From Glaucostegus cemiculus (taxonomy: Eukaryota): a stretch of 64,000 nucleotides of DNA. How positions within the stretch are numbered: the first letter of the stretch is position 1; each line of letters starts with the position of its first letter. This document shows, in pieces, positions 12,321 to 24,700 of this stretch. Location of the stretch: positions 2,914,001 to 2,978,000 of the forward strand of contig CDPCPM010000048.1 of NCBI GenBank assembly GCA_976551045.1, written 5' to 3'. The notes beneath the pieces are model-generated. The model was not told the origin of the DNA, made no database searches, and was given only the letters and a program-made list of their open reading frames with translations. The position numbers and the translations under genes were made by a program.

Positions 12321-13699
12321 TGTAAATAATAATGCACAGTAATCATTCCATGTCTTCTTTTTAAAACTTTTAATTTATATCATTGCCATTGATTTTCAAA
12401 GGCCCCCACATTGCTGTTGACCAGTGTCCCTTTCCTCAATGTGCATATTTTGTGTTAATTTTGATTTCCTTGCAAGTTTTCCCATACATCATGTTTTAAA
12501 ATTCCGACCTATTTGTCACTCTGTTCTTTTATCTCTTGATCAACAAGATTGCACTAATTTTTACTTCTACTTTTAAGCTCTGTCCTCCTTTAGTGATCCA
12601 GGGATGGCAGGTGGAACTTTTGCCCCTTGGTGGTATAAACTGGTGTTGTCCTACATTGAAAATTCACATGAACACCTCCCACTGGGTTTACTTGCCTCAC
12701 ACCCAAGTGGATCTGCAGTTTATTATGGTTCTTCTTCTTGGAAGGAAATCGCTTTTCACTCTTTCAAACACATTAAACCTGAAAAAAGTTGTTCAGTCGT
12801 CCTCAATGTCAGGCTGTTAGCTAATTCTGATTCATTTCAAAACACTAAATTTCATATTGTCCCTGTTGTAGAAAACCCATCCTGAACAGACTTCAAAAAT
12901 GCACCAACTTTGAGACTCAAGCTGGCCCTCTTATGTCAATCCACATGGAAATTAAAATTCCCCCCTTAAAACCAGGCCTTTATTACATCCTTACCTGATT
13001 AATGTATTCTTCCACAGTTGGCCCTTTAAAAACAGTGACTTATGACTTATTACAAGTTATGTACGAAGATAGAAAGTTAGGTTTGTGGGCAATATCAAGT
13101 TCAGTGTCAGTGTGTAGTAAAATTTTTCACTGAAATATAGGTACGTAGCCAAGTGTAATATTTTCCCCCTGGAAGCCCATCTCTAAAAGACATCGAAAGA
13201 GGCTTATTCAGGCAATGAGAAGCATCTTGAGAATTTCAATTTCAAATCAAAACAAAATTCCTTTTCATTGCATTAAAAACACAACTGTCTTTCTGAAGAG
13301 GTGTTACAATTTTCCTGCTCAAATCATATCTTTCTCCTTTGTGTGGGTCACTAGCTGGACAACCCCAGAACATCAGAGCTATCCCTGGCTTCAGAGTGCA
13401 AGAAATAAAGTGGTGGGTGCTGACAGATGTCACGGTCAATGTGGCCTCCTTTGCTAATTACAACACCAAGGAGAGTAATTTTTCAGATAACTACTCCTGA
13501 TTACCCATGGCTTTTTAAATCCGATTAATGGCCTTGTGGAGTAGATTACATAGCCTCTGACAGACGGGGGCTGTCCCAATTGTGATGCAGAAGACCTTGC
13601 ATTTATTGCCGTCTTTACTTTATGGACTAAAACAATGCTTCAGAGAATTAAAGGAAATGGCTTGCGTTTATATTGCACCTTTCATGAATAGTTATATTT

Positions 13700-13962
13700 C
13701 ACGCTGGAGAAAGGTGAATCATGGTATGAATTGTGGCATTTCTCCGGGATCAGTGTTGGGGCCATTACTTTATTTATCTTCAATGACCTAGACTTGAGGA
13801 AAAGTCACAATTTCTAAATTTGCAAATGACACAAAACTTGTCAGGATTGCAGTCTGTAAAGAGGATAGTAATAGAGTGCAGCCACATGCTTGACAGCTAA
13901 AGATTAATGCAGAGAAATGCAAGGAAATGAAAATGCATTTTGGTAAGAACAAGGAGAGACAA
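13700..13962 (+). mobile_element. Older CR1 RT, 5' half (host of a nested insertion)
   Basis: GISPGSVLGPLL, NDLD and ISKFANDTKL motifs. Confidence 0.85.
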
Positions 13963-15730
13963 AATAGAAGAGTACAGTGCAGGAACAGGCCCTTCAGCCC
14001 ATGATGTTGTGCTGAACTAATTAAGCTAATGACCCCCATTTAAACTACCCTCTTCTGCCTGCAGATGGTCCATATCCTTCCGTTCTCTGCATATTCACGT
14101 GGCTACCTAAAAGCTTCAAAAACCTCTATCATATCTGCCTCCACCACCACCAGCAGTGGTGCATTCCAGGCACCCACCGCTCTGTGTAAAAATCTTGTCC
14201 CACATATCTCCTTTGAACTTTCCCCCTCTTACTTTAAACACATGCCTTCTAGTATTAGACACGAGAACTCTGGGAAAAAGATACTGGCTGTTCTCATCTA
14301 TCTATGCCTCTCATAATTTTATAAACTTTGATCAGGTCTCCCCTCAGCATCCACCACTCCAAGGAAAACAATCTAAGTTTGTCCAACCTCTCCTTATAGC
14401 ACATGCTCTTTCATTCAGACAGCATCCTGGTGAACCTCTTCTGCACCCTCTCCAGGAACCTCTTCTGCACCCTCTCCAAAGCCGCTACATCCTTCCTATA
14501 ATGGGGCAAATCAGAATTGAATGCAATACTCCAGATACAGCCTAACCAGAGTTTTATATAGCTGCTACAGAAATTACTGACTCAAACTCAATGCCTCGAC
14601 TAATAAAGGCAAGCATGCCAAACACTTTCTTTACCACTCTATCAATCTGTGTTGCCACTTTCAGGGAGCTATAGAAAGCACCCCAAGACCCCTCTGTACA
14701 TTAACACTGTTAAGGGTCCTGCCATTAACCGTGTACTTTCCCCTTATATTTGATCTCCCAAAATGCAACATCTCACATCTGCTCGGATTAAACTCCATCC
14801 GGTAAGTCTCCGCACATATCTGCAACTGATCTATATCCCGCAGTATCCTTTAACAATCTTCTACAATATCCACAAAGCCACCAATCTTTGATACTAACCC
14901 ACCCATCCATGTTTTCATCCAAGTCTTTTATACATATCATAAACAGCAGAGGTCCTAGTACTGATCCCTGTAGAATACGACCAGTCACTAACCACCAACC
15001 ACAATAAGACACATCGACCACTATGCTCTGCCTTCTATAAGCAAGTCAAATCTGACTACAAAACGGCCAAGTCACCGTCGATCCCATGCACCTTAATCTT
15101 CTGGATGAGCCTATGAGGGACTTTGTTGAATTCCTTACTAAAATCCATGTAGGCAACATCCACTGCTCTATCTTCATCGATCACCTTCGTCAGATCCTCA
15201 AAAACCTTAATCACATTAGCAGGACATGACCTGCCCCACACAAAGCCTTGTTGACTATCCGTAATTAGACCATGGTTTTCCAAATAGTCATAAATCCTAT
15301 CCTTAAGGATCTATCCAATAGCTTGCCTACCACTGACATGAAACTCACTGGTCTATAATTTCCAGGATTATCCCATTTCCCTTCTTGAACAAAGGAACAA
15401 CATAAACTACTCACCAGTCCTCCAGAACCTCGCCTGTGGCCAGAGAGGACACAAAGATCTTGGTCAAGACCCAGCAATTTCATATCTTACCTCTAACAAT
15501 ATATCCCACAGCCCCGGGGGATTTATCCACCCTAAGAGACCCAACACAATCTTTTTCTACATCTCAAAATGCCCTAGTATATTAGTACGCTCTGCAGAGA
15601 ACTCACTATCCTCCATGTCCTTCTCCTTGGTGAATACCAATGCAAAGTATTCATTTAGGACCTCACCCACATTCTCCCTCCTTTATCCTTGAGTGGTCCT
15701 ATCCTCTCTCCCTAGTTACCTTCTTGTTCA
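13963..15730 (-). mobile_element. Younger CR1 LINE (RT region to 3' tail)
   Basis: Track ORFs contain NPGNYRPVSFMSVVGKLL, VDVAYMDFSKEFNKVPHRL and QGSVLGPLLFMICIKDLDE. Typical CR1 3' end near 13965. Confidence 0.92.
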
Positions 15731-15734
15731 GAGA

Positions 15735-16445
15735 AATGCCATAAAGAATATTGTTCTAAAAGTCAGGCAGGACCAGACGGACTTGCAGGTATGTGTACAC
15801 AAATCATTGTAAAATGCCAGGGCAGGTTGAGGAAGCAGTTAATAAGGCAGACAATTCTGGGATCTGTCAATACAGACAGAATATAAAAAGCAGGAGAGTC
15901 ATTCTGAACCTTTATATAAACACTGGTCTAGCCTCATCTGGAGTAGTGTTTAACTTGGTTGCCACATTATAAGATGGATATGAAGATATTAGAGAGGGTC
16001 CAGAAAAGATTTTGGGTTCTTTTCCAGCAACCCTAATGATTCCTGGAATAAGTGGCAACAGTTACAAAGACAGATGAGAGAGACTGGGACTGTTTTCTAT
16101 GGAGGAGACCGAGAGTATAGTTGATGGAAGTGTATAAAACAATGAGGAATCTACAAAATGTGGATAGTGAGAGGCTGCTCTCTTTGGTGGAAGGGTTGAG
16201 GACTAGAGATCACAGGTATAAAATGGGGGGGGGGGGTGGAGAGAGTAACATAAAAAAAACTATGCTGTGTGACTCTGAAAATACACTGCCTGTGGATATG
16301 GTGGCTTTCATGTGGGAATTAGTAAATATATCGAGGAGAAAAAAATTTGCAAGGCTGTGGAGAAAGGCCCCATTATCATGATGGAGAGTCAGTGTGGAAG
16401 TGACAGGCCAAATTGCTTATTTCTGTGCTGTAACCATTTTGAGCT
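15735..16445 (+). mobile_element. Older CR1, 3' half (continuation of 13700-13962)
   Basis: Resumes with a DLGV/VHKSL/GQVEEAVNKA-like sequence and ends in the CR1 tail ggccaaattgcttatttctgtgctgtaacc. Confidence 0.8.
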
Positions 16446-18675
16446 CAGGGTGTTCCAAAACACTACCTTGAAATGCAGTCGTGCAGTCACTGCTTAATAT
16501 AGGGAAACACTGAAAGATTGGTGTGTCCAAATCAGTAGCAATAAGTAGAGCTTGGCATAATATTTCTTTCTACTAAACATTACAGACTGAACAAGAGAAA
16601 TATTGTAACATGACTTTCCTTCCCAACCCATAATTTAGTTGGAAATGATGCAACTGACAGGTCATTATGACCCACAGGTGCTGATACCAATCATGCTATT
16701 AATGAGAAAATTAAATCCTTAACAGGGACTGTAATTCTATTCTAATAGAAGGTCTCAAACCATGGATCAAGTAGTTTGCAAAGCCAATTTCAGGCAATTA
16801 TGCCTAGGTATACTAACAAATGTAATTAAACAAGGAAAGAAAAGGCTGAAATACTAAACGCTAGGCATTTATAAGATTTGCATATTAAAGCCTCCGCTTG
16901 GTGTCTATATCAATAAAAAACAGATGTTTCTGCTGGAAAATCTTTGATACAAAATCTTTATGCCCTTAAGTACCTGAAGAGACTTCTATATAATATTCCA
17001 CACTCTGCAAACAAAACAGAATGGTAAATAATCTATAGAACATGTTCCTAATGTAAGGTTCCAGCAGTTTCATACAAAATTAATTCTACTGATGGATATT
17101 AGCAATAATTTTAAACTTGCAAAATGCTTTCAACAACAAAAATGTCTAACTTGCAACATGCTCCACTAATTGCAGATGGGAGCAGACATCAAATCTTATT
17201 GCCAGGACCTGTCCAAGTCTGGAAATGCTCTGTCCCCTTCTTTCTTTTAATCTACAATCAAAGCTATATTGTGATCAGTGTCCTATCTTCTCCTTGTGTC
17301 TGCATCTTTTACATACATACACACAATACAGGAGAGGTCGGCATGTAGACATTCAGAAAAAAACAAAATGCTAACACTAGCACCTGTAGGATTCACAAAG
17401 CCATGAATTAAAATAATGTAGCTCTACCTGCTGACATTTTATTAAATGCAAAAGCTTAACAACTTTCAAAATATGAATCTTACAATTCCTAAACTGACTG
17501 GCAGATTATGACTCTTTTCAGAATATAGCAATACTTACTGTAAAAGCAGTCAACAAGATCATTCATTGCTACAAACAATGTTGTAAATGTCAAGGACTCG
17601 AGAGAGAATACTACACAAACTGTAGGTCGCTCTCTCAATTAAACCATTAAAAAGGATTCTGCTCTCAGCATTTTAAAAAAATGTAGCTCCATTTGTCTAA
17701 CCTTGGAGCAGTCGATTTAACTTTGTTCTGCTTAATAAGTACATTACACAGAAAGTCAACTATCTATACAGAACTACCAAATTATTCAACCAGGGAAACA
17801 ATTGATTACAAATTATGATCTTTGATAAAGAATCCTGAGTAATATCCATTTTGGCAATATGCTTGTCCTTTCTTGAAAATGCTTTCTGGAATACTTTCTT
17901 ATAGCCTGCTTTTTAACGCTGACAAAAACCCTCAAAACTTATTTTTGTCCAAAAGTCCTTTTAGATGATTATTATAGACATCATTTACTCTAGCCGTTGA
18001 CCTCATCTGCTGCTCACTGTTCTGAGTTCATCACTTATGCTTTCAGTAGTAGTTTACTTGGCCACAGTTGATCATCCTGCTGGCATTTAGTGTGAGCATT
18101 CACACCTTTTAATAAATTTAACCCTTTCAAAAAGATGTCTCACAGAGGTTTAGTTACAAGAACATAAAGTAGGGATGCCCACTGGAGAAAGGGTGAAATG
18201 AAAGCTTAGGACAAGAGGTCAAAAGCATTGCTGAAACATTTTTACAATGTCTTTGGTCAAAAGCAGAAAGGCAGTAACATTAAACAAAACAGGAGCACTG
18301 TCACTGGAGAAATAATGTTAAAGTAGAAAAGATGTTAAAGTATGAGGGGAGCTTGGCATGGTAAAGCAAGGCTCAGAATATCAAACCAAGTCCTTGAGGC
18401 AAGTGCACTGGCAGAGTAGTAGTGTCAAGAGTGTAGGGCTCAGTGCTTGCAATGTAAGCCATTGTTTTTTTTCAATATATAAGTTGGAATTGTTTGCAGA
18501 GCTGAAGTAATGTGATCTGCTTAATAAACTGAAATAGTTCAGTGTTGAAGTGAGGAAAGCATTACTAAAAAGTGGAAGCTAAGCTTTTGAGAACTGGAAT
18601 ATTTTACTTTGGAAAAGTAGAAATTTCAGATTGTCTTTCAATTTGGGATATTGTCTTTGGTCTAGAATGAGGAGA

Positions 18676-19443
18676 CTTCTTCTCAGATTGTCCTTTGCAT
18701 AACTTGTTACCACTCAAGTTCTGTGGCTTCTAAGGTGACTGATGAAGCCAAAGTGGGATCCCTAGACAATGACAGACAAGCCAAGAGGTGCTGAATAGGG
18801 CAGGCAGAAGGGTAGTGGGAGATGGTACACTTTACTCAGGGCTTTGGTGTGGCACCTGATACATGGACTTGAGGTTCTCAAGACCATCCAGAATGCTCCT
18901 TCTCCATTTAGAGCAGTCATGGGTCAGGAATTCTTACAAAACTTCTGTCCACCCAGTAATCTCTTGTCTAAACCAAACTTTGTCCGAGCTCCATCATGAC
19001 ATGTCAGTGACATTTTAGCTAACAGTGTAATTTTAACCCTTAATTCTGGTGATGTTGGTCCAGATGATGCTGATGTTGGTTCACTTATCGTGGATATGGA
19101 TTTGAAGGATTTTGTATGCTGTGTTGATACCTGTCCAGTGCTTTGAGGTATCTGTTGTAGGTAGTCCATATCTCAGACATTGAGGGTGGCAAGGTCTACT
19201 ACTCCCAATACATCATGAGCTTTGTGATAGATTTTTCTTATTCTTTAAAAGCTCTTCTGCTACCCAGCCAAAGGCAGTGCTGGCACTCTGACGGGAAAGA
19301 TGAATTTCATCATGATGTCTGCCTTCATTGACAGGTGGCTCCCAAGATATGGAAAGTGGTTCATGATCTCCAAGGTCTCATTGTGGACTGTGCATAGAGG
19401 GTTGGTGTTCTTCACCAGGGGCAGGTTGGCATAGAAACATTCT
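18676..19443 (-). mobile_element. RTE-clade LINE, 3' part
   Basis: HNETLEIMNHFPYLGSHLSMKADI, a C-terminal ISHLRSH-like motif, and a short GAA-type tail. Confidence 0.8.
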
Positions 19444-19444
19444 G

Positions 19445-21070
19445 TTGCAAATGTCCAAAAAATCCAAGGAAGAAGGAAGGAACACCAACTCCAAGAGAGC
19501 CTTCTTCCTGACAAAATGCTTGAAGCATGGTCTTCTCAAAACCATTCAAAATTATTTGCCAGATAGACAAGCACAACACATAATGGCAACACCTCCCAGA
19601 GCAGTGGCACCTGTTTATACCATCATGTAAACAACATATCACAAAGGTAGTCACATCCCCTATGCAACAACATGTAATTACGACTGCTGGACTGACCACA
19701 ATCTAGGCTGCTCTATTATCTCAATTAGCCTGGCCCTAAAACAACGACTGCATCAGAAACTCTGCTTCAAGAAAAATCAATATTGAAAGTCTTAAAGACC
19801 CCACAAGTATACCTCTTCTCACACAGCTTGATGACCCCAACCAACAGGAGCCATGATGCTCAGAATTTCTGCACTGTCCTGAAATCCATCTTAATCAGAG
19901 CCTGTGAAGAGATTTCTGGCCCCATTGACAGAAAATAACCAGTTAAATTTTGAGAATGACCTGGAGATCCAGGAATTAACCACAAGTGCAAGGTGTTCTT
20001 GGGCTAAAAGCTCCACCACACCTCAATAGAAAAAAAGTTATTTAATAGACACCACTGAAGGTAGAGGGCCAACAGAAAACCCATGGCCTAAACAGCAAGT
20101 GGATAGAGTACAAGAGGTCATCAACTTGCTGATAATAGAATCACGACAGAAGCAGATTCTTCAGCACTGTCAAAGCCACCTACAGCCCAGATATCCAAAG
20201 CTCCACCTCAGAGCCAAGAATGGGAGGTGAAATTGTCAATGACAGAGGCAATTAGCACCCACTGGAAGGAATACGTGAAGATCTTTTCAACTCTGTCACT
20301 GTCCCTGACGTGAAAGTGGTTGACTCCATCCACAGCAAACCTTGCTGCCAACCCTGACAGACAAGAAATCGAAAAGGCCAAATGCCATCTGAGAAACAAA
20401 ACCTTCAAAGCAAAGTCCCTGATAAAGTTCTAACACTCAATAAAAGAACTTTAGTTACAAATTCACAACCTCATCTTTCATGTCTAGTCAGCAGAAGGAC
20501 ATGCCAGAGGACTCCGATGGCATACATGTGACTATCTTCAAGATAGGAAACAAATCCAATTTTGTTAGTACAGAGGGGTGTCACTTCTTCCTGCCACTGG
20601 AAAATTCAGCGCCATGGTCTTCCTCAATCGCCTCCTCCCAATGACTGAAAACCTACTCCCCAAATCAGAGTATAGACTCCGTCCATCTGGAGGCACAATG
20701 GACACCATGTTCACAATGCGTACATCCGTGAGAAATGCAAGAAGCGCCATTGACCATTATTTACGACCTACTGACAAAAGCCCTCAACTAAGGGGAAGGG
20801 TGGAGGATTCTTCATAAAGTTAGCTGCTGCAGAAGTTCATTTCCATCATGCATCTGCTTCACGATTACTTGTAAGCCACGATCTTAACCAAAAGGTCTAC
20901 AACAGATCCAATTATCAGTGTAGAATGGTGTCGAACAAGGTTATGTCCTGCCCTGCCACTCTTCAAAATATCTTTTGCTCCAGTGCTGCACCTTGCCTCA
21001 AATAAGCTTCACACTAGAGCAGGACTGTTCTATAGGACAAATGAGAAATTGTTCAATCTACATTACCCAC
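19445..21070 (+). mobile_element. RTE-clade LINE, 5' part (end of endonuclease to N-terminal RT)
   Basis: TNSKRAFFLTKCLKHGLL; YRGVSLLPATGKFSAMVFLNRLLP...LLPKSEYRLRPSGGTMDTMFTMR; YRTNEKLFNL. Confidence 0.8.
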
Positions 21071-21217
21071 CCTCAGTGATCCAGCTGCAGTACACAGACA
21101 TACATTTAGGTATACACACAATTGGAGGTGGAGCCAAACATCACTAGCAATTCTTTGACTGAGACTAACAACTTCAGATTGACTCACAAAGTGGTAGCCA
21201 TTGTTATTTGACATATT

Positions 21218-21765
21218 AACGTAGAACGTAAAATAGTACAGCACAGGAAGAGGGCCTTTGGCCCATGATGTTGTGCCAAACCAATTAAATTGGTAATTAA
21301 ATGCCCAACTGAACTAATTATTTCTGCCTACACAATGTCCACATCCCTCCATTCTCTTTCAGGTGCTGAGCCTTTAAAATGCCTCTAACTTATTTGCCTC
21401 CACTACCACCCCTGGCAGTGCATTCCAGGCACCCACCACTCTGTAAAAGACTTGCCCCACAAGTCTCCTTTTAACTTTCCCCCTCTCACCTTAAATGTAT
21501 GCCCTCTAGTATTAGACATTTCGATCCTGAAAAAAAGATACTGGCAATATAAGCCTCTCAATTTTATAAACTTCTATCAGGTCTCTCCTCAGCCTCTATC
21601 ACTCCAGAGGAAACATCCCAAGTTTGTCCAACCTCTCCTAATGGCACATGCCCTCTAATCCAGGCAGCATCCTGGTAAACCTCTTCTGCACCCTCTCCAA
21701 AGCCTCCACATCCTTCCTATAATGGGGTAACCAGAATTGCATGCAATACTCCAGATACAGCCTAA
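21218..21765 (-). mobile_element. CR1 LINE 3' end
   Basis: Highly similar to 13965-14540 (tgcattccaggcacccacc, catcctggtaaacctcttctgcaccctctccaaagcc). Confidence 0.9.
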
Positions 21766-22584
21766 ACATGACTACAACTTTTTAGCCTGTCACTTTTATT
21801 CTCTCTCATTTCCAAATTGGCCTTCACTCCTCTTCTGGACCAACGTTTTGTTTCATTATGTCCCATTACCGATGGCTTCCATTTTGTGCCAACATTCCTT
21901 TTGTCTACTAATCTCTCCTGGTTTACAATTTATTGCAGACCCTTCCTCTCCTCTTTCTGCACCTTTAAACTCCCGTCTCTTTTTCCAGTTTTAATCAAAG
22001 ATCATTGACCCAGAAACATTAATTCTGTCTGTACAGATAGGCCTATTGAGTATTTCTAGCATTTTCTATTTTTAATTTCAATCTGCAGCAACTGTGGTGT
22101 TTTGTTTTTAGTAAATAATGAAGGGATTTGACTCAATCCAAAGGAACAGGCAATTCAAACAGGATGGGTTAAGAAAGAAGGGACAAGCTGGTTAAGTTTT
22201 GTAAACAGAACTAGAACACAGCTGCTCATAGGGAGACATTGGACAAGTTCCGAGAAATGACCTACTTAATGACACAAAAACAGTAGATGGGTTACAGAAC
22301 CCTTCACCCAGTTGCCATGGTCTTCTGGAGCTGTCTTTGAGGTTAGAGAGGAATCTTTCATTTAATTGCCTCCTAAATTGCTTAAACATTTTGCTTCTTG
22401 TAGAAGTCACACTAAGCCAGGCAGGTACTTCCTCCATCTATCTCTCTCCCCTTCCTTTAGTGCAGCTCTTAAAGTGCATTTGAGTGAGCATTTCTGAAAC
22501 TACCTCTTCTGGTTCCGTGTCAACTCTTATGGAATTATGCTTTTATGAAGCACCCTGGGACATTTTACTATGTTAACACCAAAT

Positions 22585-24700
22585 TACATTTATATACTGC
22601 CTTTAAATGCAATAAACTGTCTCAAAGCACTTCACGAGCATTGTCAGAAAAAATTTAAGACACCATCATAAGGTATTGGGTTAATGGACCAAAAGTGTGG
22701 TTAAAGAGACAGCTTTTAAAGTGCACCCTAAAGGAAGAGAGAAGGGAGCAAAAGTTGTGTGAAGAGTTCCACAGCTCAAGCAGCTGAAGCATGGCTGCTG
22801 CTGGTGAAGTGATTGAACTTCGAGATGCTTTGGAGACCAAGAGGATTGTCAAATCTAAGATTTAGGAAATTACAGATTAAAGCAGGGAGAGGCCATGGAG
22901 GTGTTTGAAAACAAGGATGAGTATTTTAACATTGAGTCACTTGCAAACTAAGCCAATATATGTCAACAAGTTACAGTAAACAGAGCTTGGTGTGAATTAG
23001 TTTAAGGCCAGCAAAGTTTTGGAAGACCTTAAGGTTACTTTGGGTGGAACAATCAAGTCTAAAAAGTTTCAAAAGTATGAATGTGCATTTCAGCTGTAGA
23101 ATCAGAGAAAGATTTGAAAGAGATCATGGAAATAGGTCAGATGTCTTGGTGAGGAAGCAGGTTTGTGATTAGAAGTTCATTTCAGGGCAAGTATGAAGCC
23201 AAAATTGCAAACAGGCCAGTTCATTCCTAACTACTGAAAACTGTCTGAGGCTGAAGTTTGTGACAGGACTTTGTTATGTCTAACATATAAATGGGAGAAA
23301 ATTTTTGCTCTTCTCACACAGGATATGATAAATCTTACAGTGGAGTGGTCAGTAGAGACTATAGCGAGGTAGAACCTGATGCACATGAAAACTCACAATT
23401 TATCAGGTAATGTAGCTGAGAGGTCAAATGCATATAACAGATAGGAGGGGGGCCAAGATAAGGATTTCAGAGGCAAAAGTGGCACAAAGAGAAACTATTG
23501 CAGGTTATTCTCAGACTTAAAACTGATCAAAATGGGGACAGCTGATTGGAGTCAGCCCAATTGACCAGCACAATAAAAATGAAAATTGTAATTGACCGTT
23601 AAAAGGTTTGATTGGCCAGCTCACTCTTATGGCATTTTAATTTGTCTGAGTGCCAGACAATGTAATAAGTACAACATCCCTTCTTTGATGACCCTAGTGG
23701 GTAATGGGATCAAGATAAATATGGGTTCTCAGAGGAATCAAATGATCGGCACTGGGTTTATTTATATAATGCCAGACCAAATTACGATTCATCCAGATCT
23801 TTATGAGAAGGTAGAGAATGAAACAGCTGCTTTTGGAAGAGGATATAGTACAATTTGGGTGCTAGCATACGTGCAGAGGTTAACTTTATAACTCAAGGTG
23901 ACAATATCAAGCCAAGGCATTTTAAATGGTGAAGACTGGGAAGGAAGGACCTCAAAAGTGGCATATATTAGTTATGAAGGGACTGGTAGTCAATATAGTG
24001 CAAACTACGAAGACAAGAGACAAGACCTTACCCAGGGCTTGAGGCTAAAATGGAAAGGGGCCCTGGAGATGGATGCGACAATCATAGTGTTAGAGGCAAG
24101 CGGATAAAATCTAACATACAGATATCAGTAAAAACACCATCTACAAGAGACTTCAAAGTCCATGGCGTTTGTACCAACAAGTAAATACATATAAACAGGG
24201 AACTGATAGTTTGTGCGAGTTAAGCAGGACAAGGAATTCTGCACGGACAAGGACTGTTATAACTGATGAATAAAGACTTGCTTGATACAGTCCTAAAAAA
24301 AGGAAGCAGCAGCTGATGACAGATGATCTTTGAGGCTGGGAAAGGTTTGAAGTAGAAATGTGAGGAATGGTCTACGATAAAAGAATTGAATCTGGTGGTA
24401 ATATAATCAGCCATTAGTAGTTTGTAGGACTAGAAGTGGGTTAGAATGTTTGCACTCAATAAGGGAGGAGGCAGTGGGAGCCTGAATACTAATCGTTTTC
24501 CTGCAATAAGATTAAGGATAGAGGGCTTCAGTTGAGTGAATAAATATTTTGCATGCTGGTGAAGAACAGGCAGAGGCCAGTAATTCAGTGGTTGATTCAG
24601 GAAGCCAGATTGAGCTTTGTTAGTAGTTTGGAAGAAAGAGAAGGGTCAAAGTGAAGGAAAGTGAGAGTGCAAGCCCTATTGCAAGTGTGGTTATTGGATG
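22585..24700 (-). mobile_element. Old L2-type LINE fragment
   Basis: L2-like 3' end (ttacatttatatactgcctttaa...ctcaaagcacttcac) followed by degenerate purine-rich body. Confidence 0.55.
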
